In this document: positions 39,017-48,121 of the stretch, piece after piece
Layout: every line of letters begins with the position of its first letter
Numbering within the stretch: the stretch's first letter is position 1
Source: Candidatus Uhrbacteria bacterium
GTDB lineage: Bacteria > Patescibacteriota > Patescibacteriia > UBA9934 > GWF2-40-263
DNA length: 64,000 nt
Assembly (NCBI GenBank): GCA_026395055.1
Contig: JAPLZK010000003.1
Location: 173,987 to 237,986, forward strand
Direction: 5' to 3'
Made by a program: the position numbers and the translations under genes
Notes under the pieces: generated by a model
Databases searched by the model: none
Told to the model about the DNA's origin: nothing
What the model saw: only the letters and a program-made list of their open reading frames with translations

Positions 39017-39940
39017 TTATTTTTTCTTTCCTTTTATCCCCTCCCATGTCACAAGCGCAGGGCTTGCAAGGAAGATAGATGAATACGTTCCCGCAATGAT
39101 TCCTACGATAAGGGCAAGGGAGAACGGACGTGTTGTGTCTCCTCCAAAGAAGAAGATGGCGGTTAAACACAGCAAGGTTGTCATGGATGTGCTAATGGAA
39201 CGACGAATGGTCTGGCGAATACTGACATCAACCGTTGTTTCAAAAGATGGACTGATGTGTTTGAGCAAGTTTTCACGCGTACGATCAAACACCACAATCG
39301 TGTCTGTAATGGAATAACCAAGAACAGTCAGAATGGCCGCTACGAATGCGGTATCAACTTCCCAATTGAGAAACTTTCCAAGAATCGCGAAGACGCCGAG
39401 CGGCACGACAACGTCATGGAATGCGGTGATAATGGTGAGAACACCGTATTTCCATGAAGCAACAGGATGTGTCACTTTACGAAAGGTAAAGGCGACGTAA
39501 GAACCGATGAGCACAAGAATCAAAATGATTCCAAACGCCGCAGACTTTTGTAATTCCTTTCCAATGACTGGACCGATGGAATCAAATTTTTCTTCCGCTG
39601 TTTTGTCTCCGTATGTTTTCTTAAGATCAGACAACAATGCTTGGTGCTGTTCTTCATTTAAACTCTCAAGACGAATGAGCGCTCCGTTCGTGCTTGTTGA
39701 TTGAACAATGACATCATTATGACCAAGTTTTGCAACGTGGTCGCGCAATTCTGTTGTGACAACCGGTTTTTCAAAAGAAACTTCAAGCAAACTTCCTCCC
39801 GTAAAATCGATTCCGAGTTTTAAGCCGAACATTCCGATGGAAACCACACACACAAGCACAATCGCTCCTGAAATGGCGTACCAAAGTTTTCTGTATTTAA
39901 CAATATGGATTTGCATAGGATTATGACTTGTTATCTTCAT
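39017..39940 (-). CDS. secF: Protein translocase subunit SecF
   Basis: SecF signature (GIDFTGGSLLEV) and a 6-TM C-terminal half. Confidence 0.9.
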   Translation of the reverse strand: MKITSHNPMQIHIVKYRKLWYAISGAIVLVCVVSIGMFGLKLGIDFTGGSLLEVSFEKPVVTTELRDHVAKLGHNDVIVQSTSTNGALIRLESLNEEQHQALLSDLKKTYGDKTAEEKFDSIGPVIGKELQKSAAFGIILILVLIGSYVAFTFRKVTHPVASWKYGVLTIITAFHDVVVPLGVFAILGKFLNWEVDTAFVAAILTVLGYSITDTIVVFDRTRENLLKHISPSFETTVDVSIRQTIRRSISTSMTTLLCLTAIFFFGGDTTRPFSLALIVGIIAGTYSSIFLASPALVTWEGIKGKKK

Positions 39941-41999
39941 TTTTCTTTACACCAAAGAGAATTGGTTTGTGTGTCCACTTCCAACCAAAGACGGTATGGA
40001 GATATTGGCGCGCCACATAAATTGCCGTAAACAAACTGAGAACGACTCCAATTCCAAGGGTGAGGGCAAATCCACGAATAAAGCTTGAACTGAACCAGTA
40101 CAACACAACAGAAGAGATGAGTGTGGTGAAGTGACCGTCACGAATTGCAGCCCATGCACGTCGTTCTGCTTCATCTGCGGAGGAGATTAATCCTCTACCT
40201 GATGCGTATTCCTCTTTCAAACGTTCAATAATGAGAACGTTGGCATCAACCGCAATACCAAGAGACAAAACAAGTCCAGCAATACCTGCAAGCGTAATGG
40301 TTACTCCAAAGAGTCTGTACGCAAGCATATTCAATGAAGAGAACAGGAGCAACGCAACAATTGCAATCACACCTGGCAAACGATACATGCCGATCATGTA
40401 AATGGTGACGAGCAAGAATCCGATAAGCGCCGCCATGATACTTTTTTGCAACGAGACAGATCCAAGTGTTGGACCAACAGTTTGTTGTGAAAGCAAGGTG
40501 ACAGGAACAGGAAGCGCACCCGCATTTAAGCGTTGTGCCAAAATCTTTGCTTCATCAAGGGTGAAGTTTCCGGTAATAACCGCACGACCACCATAAATAG
40601 CTGCCTGAACAACAGGAGTTGAAATAGGAGAACCATCAAGAAAAATCGCGATTGGTTTTCCAACGTTTGCGGCAGTGAGTGTTCCAAACAGATCCCCTCC
40701 GTCTTTATCAAACGTGATTCCAACATAAGGATTTCCTGTCTTTTGATCAAATTCTACAACCGCGCTTTGCAATTGCTTTCCAGAAAGTTGTGTGTTTTTC
40801 CAAGGTGACGCTGGAGGCAAAACATCTGCCATGGTGGAAAGCTTCATCGCGATACGTTGAATCTTAAACGCTGGGATCACTTTTTGATCTTGCTTATAAA
40901 TCAAATGGTATCCGAAGTCTGTTTCGACAATATCTGAGATTTTTCCAACAGGAAGCGTTTCTGCAGCCGCTCCAAATGCTGGGACGTATTTATCTGCAGT
41001 TGCGTATCCAAGATCTCCACCATTTGTTGCAGCGCTAGGATCTGTAGAGTTTTTCTTTGCGAGGTCTGCAAAGTTTTGTGGGGTTGCTTCCTTCTTTAAA
41101 TTTGAAATTTGAATATTCGCGTCTATTGCGGACGTATCCTTTGAACATCCCTGCTTGCCCTTTGAACAAATCAAGATGTGCGAAAGATGCATGTTATTTG
41201 CGGTTGTATTTTCAAGCACTTTGAAAATTTCAATAGAACCACCAGATTCAACGGTTTTCCAAAATACAGATCCTGCTTTTGGTTTGTTTTGTGTAAGTGC
41301 TTTTGCGATTTCAGGATATTGGGCAGAATCAGAAGTAATTTTTGGCATTATACCTTTTGTGTCTGCCTTTGCAGCTTCTGTACTTACCTCCGCAACAAGC
41401 TTATCAAAATCTTCTCCTTTTTGTGCACGAAGCAAAACGGCTTGTGCGGCAGCACGGTCTGCCTTTTGCAACTCTGCAAGTTTTGTTTGATCTGCCGCTG
41501 TTGGTTTTGTATCTGTTTTTGATCCTTGTTCTTTAAATTCCAAAACAGGTGTTTCTCCAATTTGTTTAATGGCATCAGAAACATTCAACACACCCGCAAG
41601 TTCCACAATCACACGAGACACTCCGCCTGTTGATGTGGTTTGTACGAGCGGTTCAGAAACACCAAACGCGTTTACACGACGTTCAATCACATCACGAACA
41701 CCAGAAAGAGCGTTTGCGCGATCTTTTTCTGGGATCTCTTTCATGTCCGCAGAATAAACAAGGTGTGTTCCACCCTGCAAATCAAGTCCAAGACGATATG
41801 CATGTTCGTTAAGCACTGGCAAAGAAACGTGCGCTTTCGCTTTTACAAATCCGGCCGTTACATTCCACGCGTGTGGAAAATCATAAAATCCCGCAACAAG
41901 TGTTACGATCAAAAAAACAACGGTTGCAACTTTTGCTTTCCATGGTTTATGAACTTTCTGTGCGTTCTGAGACGTTCGTTTGGTTTTCCAAGTTTGCAT
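39921..41999 (-). CDS. secD: Protein translocase subunit SecD carrying a tandem parvulin-type (PpiC) PPIase insertion in its periplasmic P1 domain
   Basis: SecD N-terminus, P1 segments and 6-TM C-terminus. Inserted at about aa 158-372 are two parvulin-like units, the second with clear PpiC motifs (HLSHILI...NGGDLGYA...VPAF...FGYHLIYK). Confidence 0.85.
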   Translation of the reverse strand: MQTWKTKRTSQNAQKVHKPWKAKVATVVFLIVTLVAGFYDFPHAWNVTAGFVKAKAHVSLPVLNEHAYRLGLDLQGGTHLVYSADMKEIPEKDRANALSGVRDVIERRVNAFGVSEPLVQTTSTGGVSRVIVELAGVLNVSDAIKQIGETPVLEFKEQGSKTDTKPTAADQTKLAELQKADRAAAQAVLLRAQKGEDFDKLVAEVSTEAAKADTKGIMPKITSDSAQYPEIAKALTQNKPKAGSVFWKTVESGGSIEIFKVLENTTANNMHLSHILICSKGKQGCSKDTSAIDANIQISNLKKEATPQNFADLAKKNSTDPSAATNGGDLGYATADKYVPAFGAAAETLPVGKISDIVETDFGYHLIYKQDQKVIPAFKIQRIAMKLSTMADVLPPASPWKNTQLSGKQLQSAVVEFDQKTGNPYVGITFDKDGGDLFGTLTAANVGKPIAIFLDGSPISTPVVQAAIYGGRAVITGNFTLDEAKILAQRLNAGALPVPVTLLSQQTVGPTLGSVSLQKSIMAALIGFLLVTIYMIGMYRLPGVIAIVALLLFSSLNMLAYRLFGVTITLAGIAGLVLSLGIAVDANVLIIERLKEEYASGRGLISSADEAERRAWAAIRDGHFTTLISSVVLYWFSSSFIRGFALTLGIGVVLSLFTAIYVARQYLHTVFGWKWTHKPILFGVKKNEDNKS

Positions 42000-42168
42000 A
42001 GGTTATGTGCGGCGTCCTGACCCAGGATAGATTAAAGAGGGCTAAGAGTCTCGCGCTTAATAATCGCAAGGATAATAAGGGATTTTTGAATCAAACGCAA
42101 GTGGACAAGTTCTTGACGTTCCTGCCATTTTCCTGTATTTTGCAAGTTCCATTGGAGGGATCCGTATC

Positions 42169-42810
42169 ATGCGACGAAATGAAGAACTTGTATGGGTATT
42201 TGATATGGATGGCACACTCTACTCGAACGTCGAGTTGATGTGGCACGAAACGTTAAAAGAAATGCTCAAATATTTCCGAGACGAACTTCATCTCCCCGTA
42301 GACCTAAGTCTTGCGGAACAAGATCGTCTACGAGACAAATGGAATACACGGCAGACGACGGTCGCCTACTTCAACGAATTCAATCTCGATTTCGATAAAA
42401 TTGTTGAAGCGACACACTTGCCCATCTTGGACATGCTAATGATGGAGGGCCGAACAGGCCTACATTCGATCGCAGATCTTCCTGGAAGGAAAATTGTTCT
42501 GACGAATTCTCCGGAAGCATTTGCTCACGCTCTTTTGAAGAAGCTTGGAATTCACCAATACTTCGACGAAGTTCTTGGCATCCGTGGCGATCTGCAACAC
42601 GCAAAGCCAAATCCGCTCAGCTACGCGCGTGTCGTTACGGGACAAAGAACGATCATGGTTGAAGACTGGGAGGAAAACCTTCGTCTTCCACACATAAACG
42701 GCTGGACAACGGTCTGGTTCCCAGAATCCGACAAACCGCGCCCAACCACATTCCCCACACACGTTCATCACGAAATTCAGTCGCTTGCTGAACTCGCAAA
42801 CCTCGTCTAA
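42169..42810 (+). CDS. HAD-superfamily hydrolase
   Basis: Motif I DMDGTL at the N-terminus and a HAD core; a GGAGGG ribosome-binding site upstream. Confidence 0.75.
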   Translation: MRRNEELVWVFDMDGTLYSNVELMWHETLKEMLKYFRDELHLPVDLSLAEQDRLRDKWNTRQTTVAYFNEFNLDFDKIVEATHLPILDMLMMEGRTGLHSIADLPGRKIVLTNSPEAFAHALLKKLGIHQYFDEVLGIRGDLQHAKPNPLSYARVVTGQRTIMVEDWEENLRLPHINGWTTVWFPESDKPRPTTFPTHVHHEIQSLAELANLV

Positions 42811-42838
42811 ACCCGTCCCAGTCCTTGGGCCGGTTTTT

Positions 42839-43108
42839 TTATAGCCGTTCCGCAATTAAATATCGACAACCTTCCATACCAACGACTGCCACATGGCTTG
42901 TTCCGCGTGGAATCTCAAAATAATCATGTGCACCAAGATGAACGGTCTGATAGCCAATCGTCACTTCAATATCACCTGAGAAGATAACGATCTTGTGATC
43001 CCGATCATGCGCGTGTTCATCTTCTGCTTCATGCGCGAACGCATCTCGAAACAACAGGTTGTCATACCCGTCATGCAGCAATTCCTCGATCCATTCAGAT
43101 TCTGTCAT
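42839..43108 (-). CDS. Cupin-domain small protein
   Basis: 89 aa with a His-rich cupin motif (HEAEDEHAHDRDHKIVIFSGD...YFEIPRGTSHV). Confidence 0.6.
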   Translation of the reverse strand: MTESEWIEELLHDGYDNLLFRDAFAHEAEDEHAHDRDHKIVIFSGDIEVTIGYQTVHLGAHDYFEIPRGTSHVAVVGMEGCRYLIAERL

Positions 43109-43114
43109 AGAATC

Positions 43115-43282
43115 TTAAGAGGTTGTCTCTTCGTCTTTTGGAATTTCCGCAACTACTTTCGTTTTATCATACGAACAGACCCACTTCACACGCTCAATCG
43201 GTTTTCCCGTATTTGCGTCAGATGCGGAATCGCGACTTTGAACAGACATTTCGTAACCGCAACCGGATTTCGGACAGACCAT
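43115..43282 (-). CDS. Small (55 aa) Cys-containing hypothetical protein
   Basis: A hand-translated ORF MVCPKSGCGYEMSVQ...WVCSYDK... fills the gap between the cupin and ParB-like genes. It is below the ORF-track length cutoff. Confidence 0.3.
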   Translation of the reverse strand: MVCPKSGCGYEMSVQSRDSASDANTGKPIERVKWVCSYDKTKVVAEIPKDEETTS

Positions 43283-43299
43283 AAAAAATAATTTAATGA

Positions 43300-43809
43300 C
43301 TAAACATCATTCGGAACAACAATCTCTTTTGGCAACTCAGCAAAGTGTTTTATCTCAATTTTTTCCGCACCATCAATAAACGCTTTTGTTAGACGATGAA
43401 TTCCATCCACAACAACGTTGTCTATAACTATAATTGGAAATTGTTTATAATCAGCCCTCTGAATTTTAAGGAGTTCATCCTTCCAATCTGGATGACGGGT
43501 AATCAGATCACTCCATTTCGTTTCTCCCTGAAACATTGCCGCTTCTTGGATGATTTGTGCTGGGCCAAGCCATTCCCCATTTGAATCATGCCAATAATTA
43601 TTCCCCTCTTCCACAGAAGATTCTAATCGTGAAAGATCTACAAATTGTGTTTCCAAGCCTTTTGAGAGTTCAATCAATTTATAAACATCAATGGTTTGAT
43701 CTTCAAATCCGGCTACATGTTTGTTATCAGGTGTTGATTCGATTGGGAACGTCTTTGCACCTGATTGCGATCGCAATACCTCACTCATAGAGTTAGGTTG
43801 TTCTCCCAT
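43300..43809 (-). CDS. ParB-like nuclease (ParB/Srx fold) domain protein
   Basis: C-terminal segment FPIIVIDNVVVDGIHRLTKAF matches the ParB N-domain DGxxR motif. Confidence 0.5.
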   Translation of the reverse strand: MGEQPNSMSEVLRSQSGAKTFPIESTPDNKHVAGFEDQTIDVYKLIELSKGLETQFVDLSRLESSVEEGNNYWHDSNGEWLGPAQIIQEAAMFQGETKWSDLITRHPDWKDELLKIQRADYKQFPIIVIDNVVVDGIHRLTKAFIDGAEKIEIKHFAELPKEIVVPNDV

Positions 43810-43864
43810 AGGACATTAAAATAGATATTCAGTACAAGCATCATACACAAATACACATCATCAG

Positions 43865-43896
43865 AAAACAACAACCCATTTGGGTTGTTGTTTTGT
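43865..43896 (-). terminator. Rho-independent terminator after secA (13-bp stem AAACAACAACCC/GGGTTGTTGTTT)
   Basis: Long inverted repeat directly downstream of the secA stop on the minus strand. Confidence 0.6.
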
Positions 43897-46659
43897 TTAT
43901 GCTCCGTGACACTTCTTATATTTCTTTCCGCTTCCACACGTACATGGATCATTTCTTCCCACCTTGTCATCATTCGATGTGCTTGCAACGGACGAATGTT
44001 CATTTGATGTTGTGGGTGCGCCTGCGAGGCGTACGCCCGCACGACTCAGGAGAGAGTCGTTGAGTTGCGCCTGAACCTTCATGTCCACAGCATGGCGAGC
44101 GAATTTGAAGAACGAGAATGTGACATCTTGGTTAATGACCGTGAGAAGCTGTTGGAACATGTCGTATCCTTCACGCTTATACTCAATCAAAGGATCACGC
44201 TGACCGTACCCTCTAAGGCCAATACCTGTTCTAAGAGATGTCATTGCAGACAAGTGCTCAATCCAAAGCATGTCGATGCTTCTGATGAGTGTTGCACGTT
44301 CAATGTGATAAACATCCATCTTTACTTCAAACAAGTCATGGATTTTGCGATACTCGTCTTTCACAACAGACATGATTGTATCAATCATCTTTGTGCGAGT
44401 TTCTACAACGTCATGCTTGTCCTTTGCGTTGTGAATGGTTATTGCTTCTAGTTTTGATTTGGATTCCGGATCAAGGGTGACGATTGTGTTCACGGTTTCA
44501 ATGATTTCTTTTGTATTCCAGTCCCCTGACCCGACGTCTTCCGCCCCTTCTGCTTTATGTACAGGGGAAAGAACTTTTTCACCCGTGTGAAATAAGACAA
44601 CTTGCTCTACTTCCCCTTCGATAATATCAAGAACGCGTTCCTTTAACGTTTCTGGTTCTTTTTCAAATGCCTCAAGCACTTCAATACGACGACCATAAAT
44701 AACTTCACGATGCTTGTTTAAAACATCATCGTATTCAAGCAAGTGCTTACGCATATCAAAGTTATGACCCTCAACACGCACCTGCGCTTTTTCAATGGAA
44801 CTTGTGATCATGCCGTTCTCAATAGGCATATCGTCTGGAATTCCGAGTCTGTCCATCATGTTTTTTGCGCGATCTGAACCGAAGATACGCATCAGGTCAT
44901 CTTCCATGGAGATATAAAATTGTGTAGAACCAGGATCCCCTTGTCGACCAGATCGACCACGGAGCTGGTTGTCGATGCGTCTCGATTCATGACGTTCTGT
45001 TCCAAGAACGTGTAATCCTCCCAATTCTCGAACACGAGCTTCGTCCTCTTTTGTTCCTGGATTTCCTCCGAGCTTAATGTCTACTCCACGACCAGCCATG
45101 TTTGTCGCAACCGTTACAGCCCCAACACGACCGGCCTGCGCAATGATTTCTCCTTCACGCGCGTGGTTTTTTGCATTCAAAATTTCATGCTTTACTCCAG
45201 CACTCGTTAGCAATTCAGAAAGCAATTCGTTTTTTTCAACAGACGCCGTACCAACAAGAACGGGTTGTCCAGCGAATTGGCGTTCTTTAATTTCACGAAT
45301 CACTGCCTCAAACTTTCCAAGTTCAGATTTAAACACACGATCCGGAAGATCTTTACGCGCAACCGCAACGTTCGTTGGAATCTCTGTCACTTCGAGCTTA
45401 TAGATCTTTGAGAATTCTTCTGCTTCTGTTGCGGCAGTTCCTGTCATTCCAGACAGCTTAGTATACATGCGGAAATAATTTTGGAACGTGATTGTGGCGA
45501 GTGTCTGACTTTCATTTTGAATAGGGACGCCTTCTTTTGCTTCAATCGCTTGGTGAATTCCTTCTGAGAAACGTCGGCCCTGCATGAGGCGACCTGTAAA
45601 TTCATCAACAATAAGGACTTCATTGTTTTGCACAACGTAGTGAACATCTTTTTGATAGTTTGCACGCGCGCGAAGCGCAGAATCCGCAAATCGCTGAAAC
45701 ATGATTCCAGAACCTGCTGCATACAAGTTTTCAATTCCAAGGGCTTTTTCAATTTTTTCAACACCCGCATCTGTAAACGCGGCCGTGCGAAGTTTTTCAT
45801 CAACGTTATAATCTTCATTTTCGATGAGCGTTTTTGTGATGTGCGCTAAACGCACATACAGCTCATTCGATTTTTCTGCCGGAGCGGAAATAATAAGTGG
45901 TGTACGCGCTTCATCAATCAAAATAGAGTCGATTTCATCAACGATGGCGAAATGGAGGCCGCGCATAACCATGTCTTGAACGGTTGGCGCCATGTTGTCA
46001 CGCAAATAATCAAACCCGTATTGGTTATTTGTACCGTACGTGATATCTGCCTTATACGCATCTCTGCGATCAACTGGACGCAAAAAATCTTCACGAACTT
46101 TAAACGATTCGATTTGGATCTGTTCTTCTGATCCCACTTCTTGTTCTGGATGTTTGAATAAAGGATCGTACAATAATCCAGTTTCATGCTGAATAACTCC
46201 AATACTCATTCCAAGGAAATGAAAAATTTGCCCCATCCAAACCGCGTCACGACGCGCAAGATAATCATTCACGGTGACAAGGTGACATCCTTTTCCTTCA
46301 AGAGCGTTCGCGTACAGTGCGAGCGTGGAGGTAAGGGTCTTTCCTTCACCCGTGCGCATTTCTGCAATCATTCCTCTGTACAAAACAATTCCACCCATGA
46401 GCTGGACATCAAAGTGTCTTTGACCGAGTGTGCGCTTTGAAGCTTCTCTTACAACCGCAAACGCTTCATACAAAAGACTATCAACACTTCTTCCTTGTGC
46501 GATCATTTCACGAAACTCAACTGTCTTGTGTTTCAGCGCTTCATCCGAAAGCATGCTGATCTCACCTTCCAGTTTATTGATTTTTTCTACTTCACCCTGT
46601 AATTCCGCAATCACCTTTTTATTCGGGTCTCCAAAAATCAGATTATAGAATTTGCTCAT
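43897..46659 (-). CDS. secA: Protein translocase ATPase SecA
   Basis: 920 aa with a DEAD-like motor (AEMRTGEGKTL) and a C-terminal zinc-binding tail (CTCGSGKKYKKCHG). Confidence 0.95.
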   Translation of the reverse strand: MSKFYNLIFGDPNKKVIAELQGEVEKINKLEGEISMLSDEALKHKTVEFREMIAQGRSVDSLLYEAFAVVREASKRTLGQRHFDVQLMGGIVLYRGMIAEMRTGEGKTLTSTLALYANALEGKGCHLVTVNDYLARRDAVWMGQIFHFLGMSIGVIQHETGLLYDPLFKHPEQEVGSEEQIQIESFKVREDFLRPVDRRDAYKADITYGTNNQYGFDYLRDNMAPTVQDMVMRGLHFAIVDEIDSILIDEARTPLIISAPAEKSNELYVRLAHITKTLIENEDYNVDEKLRTAAFTDAGVEKIEKALGIENLYAAGSGIMFQRFADSALRARANYQKDVHYVVQNNEVLIVDEFTGRLMQGRRFSEGIHQAIEAKEGVPIQNESQTLATITFQNYFRMYTKLSGMTGTAATEAEEFSKIYKLEVTEIPTNVAVARKDLPDRVFKSELGKFEAVIREIKERQFAGQPVLVGTASVEKNELLSELLTSAGVKHEILNAKNHAREGEIIAQAGRVGAVTVATNMAGRGVDIKLGGNPGTKEDEARVRELGGLHVLGTERHESRRIDNQLRGRSGRQGDPGSTQFYISMEDDLMRIFGSDRAKNMMDRLGIPDDMPIENGMITSSIEKAQVRVEGHNFDMRKHLLEYDDVLNKHREVIYGRRIEVLEAFEKEPETLKERVLDIIEGEVEQVVLFHTGEKVLSPVHKAEGAEDVGSGDWNTKEIIETVNTIVTLDPESKSKLEAITIHNAKDKHDVVETRTKMIDTIMSVVKDEYRKIHDLFEVKMDVYHIERATLIRSIDMLWIEHLSAMTSLRTGIGLRGYGQRDPLIEYKREGYDMFQQLLTVINQDVTFSFFKFARHAVDMKVQAQLNDSLLSRAGVRLAGAPTTSNEHSSVASTSNDDKVGRNDPCTCGSGKKYKKCHGA

Positions 46660-46733
46660 ACGCGGCGTATTATTCCGTTTTTCATGTGATAAATCAAGAG
46701 GAGAGGCTCGAAAGCCTCCCCTGCTTCTTATTT

Positions 46734-47078
46734 CTATTCTTTTCCTGGTCTTGGGCCTCTGTTTTGATCAATAGATTTTTCTTTCTTATCAACGAGCTGA
46801 CGTTTAATTTCATCTCGAACTTCGTCAATGACCGCATATAAATCTTCTCCTTCAGCCTTTGCAGTCAAAATCGTGCCTGGAACATCCATGTGAAACTCTG
46901 CGAAATAATATGGACCACTGGTGTGATGTTGTGAAGTTTTTCCGAGTTCTACGCGAAGCTCTGCTGTAGATTCAAAATGAGAGGTTAGTTTCTCAAGAAC
47001 TTCTGCACGCTCCTCAACGTATTGTTTAATAGCGTCTGTGAGATCCATGTTCGTTCCGAGAATCGATGAAATTTTCAT
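46734..47078 (-). CDS. hpf: Ribosome hibernation promoting factor (HPF/RaiA)
   Basis: 114 aa with the S30AE fold signature (DLTDAIKQYVEERAEVLEK...). Confidence 0.85.
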   Translation of the reverse strand: MKISSILGTNMDLTDAIKQYVEERAEVLEKLTSHFESTAELRVELGKTSQHHTSGPYYFAEFHMDVPGTILTAKAEGEDLYAVIDEVRDEIKRQLVDKKEKSIDQNRGPRPGKE

Positions 47079-47096
47079 AAAGCGACGTAAAAAAAA

Positions 47097-48062
47097 TTAA
47101 AACCCGACGTACTGAACTTCCTCTTGTAAAATTATACCATACGTATCCCGAGCTCGTGTTTTAATAAACGCAATCAATTGAACGATCTCATCTGCTGTTG
47201 CGCTTCCCGTATTTACCAAGAAATTTCCGTGCACATCACTGACTTTTGCTCCGCCAATTTGAAATCCCTTTAAATCTAACTGGTCGATGATCCAGCCCGC
47301 CGAGATTCGACGAGCTAGGACCACCTCTGAAGGTAAATCGATCTTGGATTGAATTCGTTGCAAGTCTTCATCTGACGCAATTTCATAATTCTTAAACATA
47401 CAACCAGCAGATCCGGCATCGAGTGGCTGAGATGCTTTGCGTTTGGCCAAGTTTGATTCCATTACTTGCTTGATGGTATTGCAATCACCCGGCAATAAGT
47501 TAAATGTTGCCGATAAGACAATGTCAGATGAATGTTTTATGGCGGATTCTCTGTATCCAAACGCAAGTTCTGCGCTTGATCGTGCGACAACTTCCCCATT
47601 TGAAAGAACAAACACCTCAACAAGATGATCTTTCGTCTCTCCTCCAAAACATCCGGCATTTCCCCGAACCGCACCACCAACCGTTCCGGGCAATGTGATT
47701 GCCCATTCAAGTCCGGCGAGACATGCTTCACCCACTTTTCTGGAAAGAAGGATCATAGGAACCCCCGCACCTACTTGAACACTATTTTTATCAATAAAAA
47801 TTTCACGCATGAGAAGTCTGATCATGATTCCATCAAACCCTTGATCTGCCACAAGCATGTTTGATCCACCTCCAATAATTACGCTCGCGATTTCGTTTGT
47901 CTGTGCAATTGATAAAACTTGTTTCAATTCATCAATAGATCTCACTTCCACAAAATATTTTGCTGGCCCTCCAATACGAAAATTGGTGTACTTACTCATG
48001 GGCTCGTTTTCTTTTACACGATTCGAAACGACCGTTTTCAATTGTTCTAAAACATCTTGCAT
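47097..48062 (-). CDS. murB: UDP-N-acetylenolpyruvoylglucosamine reductase
   Basis: FAD-binding domain (NFRIGGPAKYF ... IIGGGSNMLV) and a MurB C-terminal domain. Confidence 0.9.
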   Translation of the reverse strand: MQDVLEQLKTVVSNRVKENEPMSKYTNFRIGGPAKYFVEVRSIDELKQVLSIAQTNEIASVIIGGGSNMLVADQGFDGIMIRLLMREIFIDKNSVQVGAGVPMILLSRKVGEACLAGLEWAITLPGTVGGAVRGNAGCFGGETKDHLVEVFVLSNGEVVARSSAELAFGYRESAIKHSSDIVLSATFNLLPGDCNTIKQVMESNLAKRKASQPLDAGSAGCMFKNYEIASDEDLQRIQSKIDLPSEVVLARRISAGWIIDQLDLKGFQIGGAKVSDVHGNFLVNTGSATADEIVQLIAFIKTRARDTYGIILQEEVQYVGF

Positions 48063-48087
48063 AGTGAAAACAGTTTACCATTGACCA

Positions 48088-48114
48088 ATAAAAAAACCAG
48101 CCTCGAGAGACTGG
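48088..48114 (-). terminator. Rho-independent terminator after the Cys-rich lipoprotein gene (stem CCAGUCU/AGGCUGG with a G-U wobble, then U7 on the minus strand)
   Basis: Read from the reverse complement of 48088..48114. Confidence 0.5.
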
Positions 48115-48121
48115 AGAGACG

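Noticed and set aside
42811-42838. Possible terminator between the HAD hydrolase and cupin genes (CCCAG-tcct-TGGG plus T7)
   Set aside because: The stem is only 4 bp. A terminator is plausible for convergent genes but is not supported well enough to annotate.
46695-46725. Possible hpf terminator hairpin (GAGGCT-cgaa-AGCCTC)
   Set aside because: It is a good tetraloop hairpin, but the downstream U-tract on the minus strand is interrupted. It was left unannotated as uncertain.
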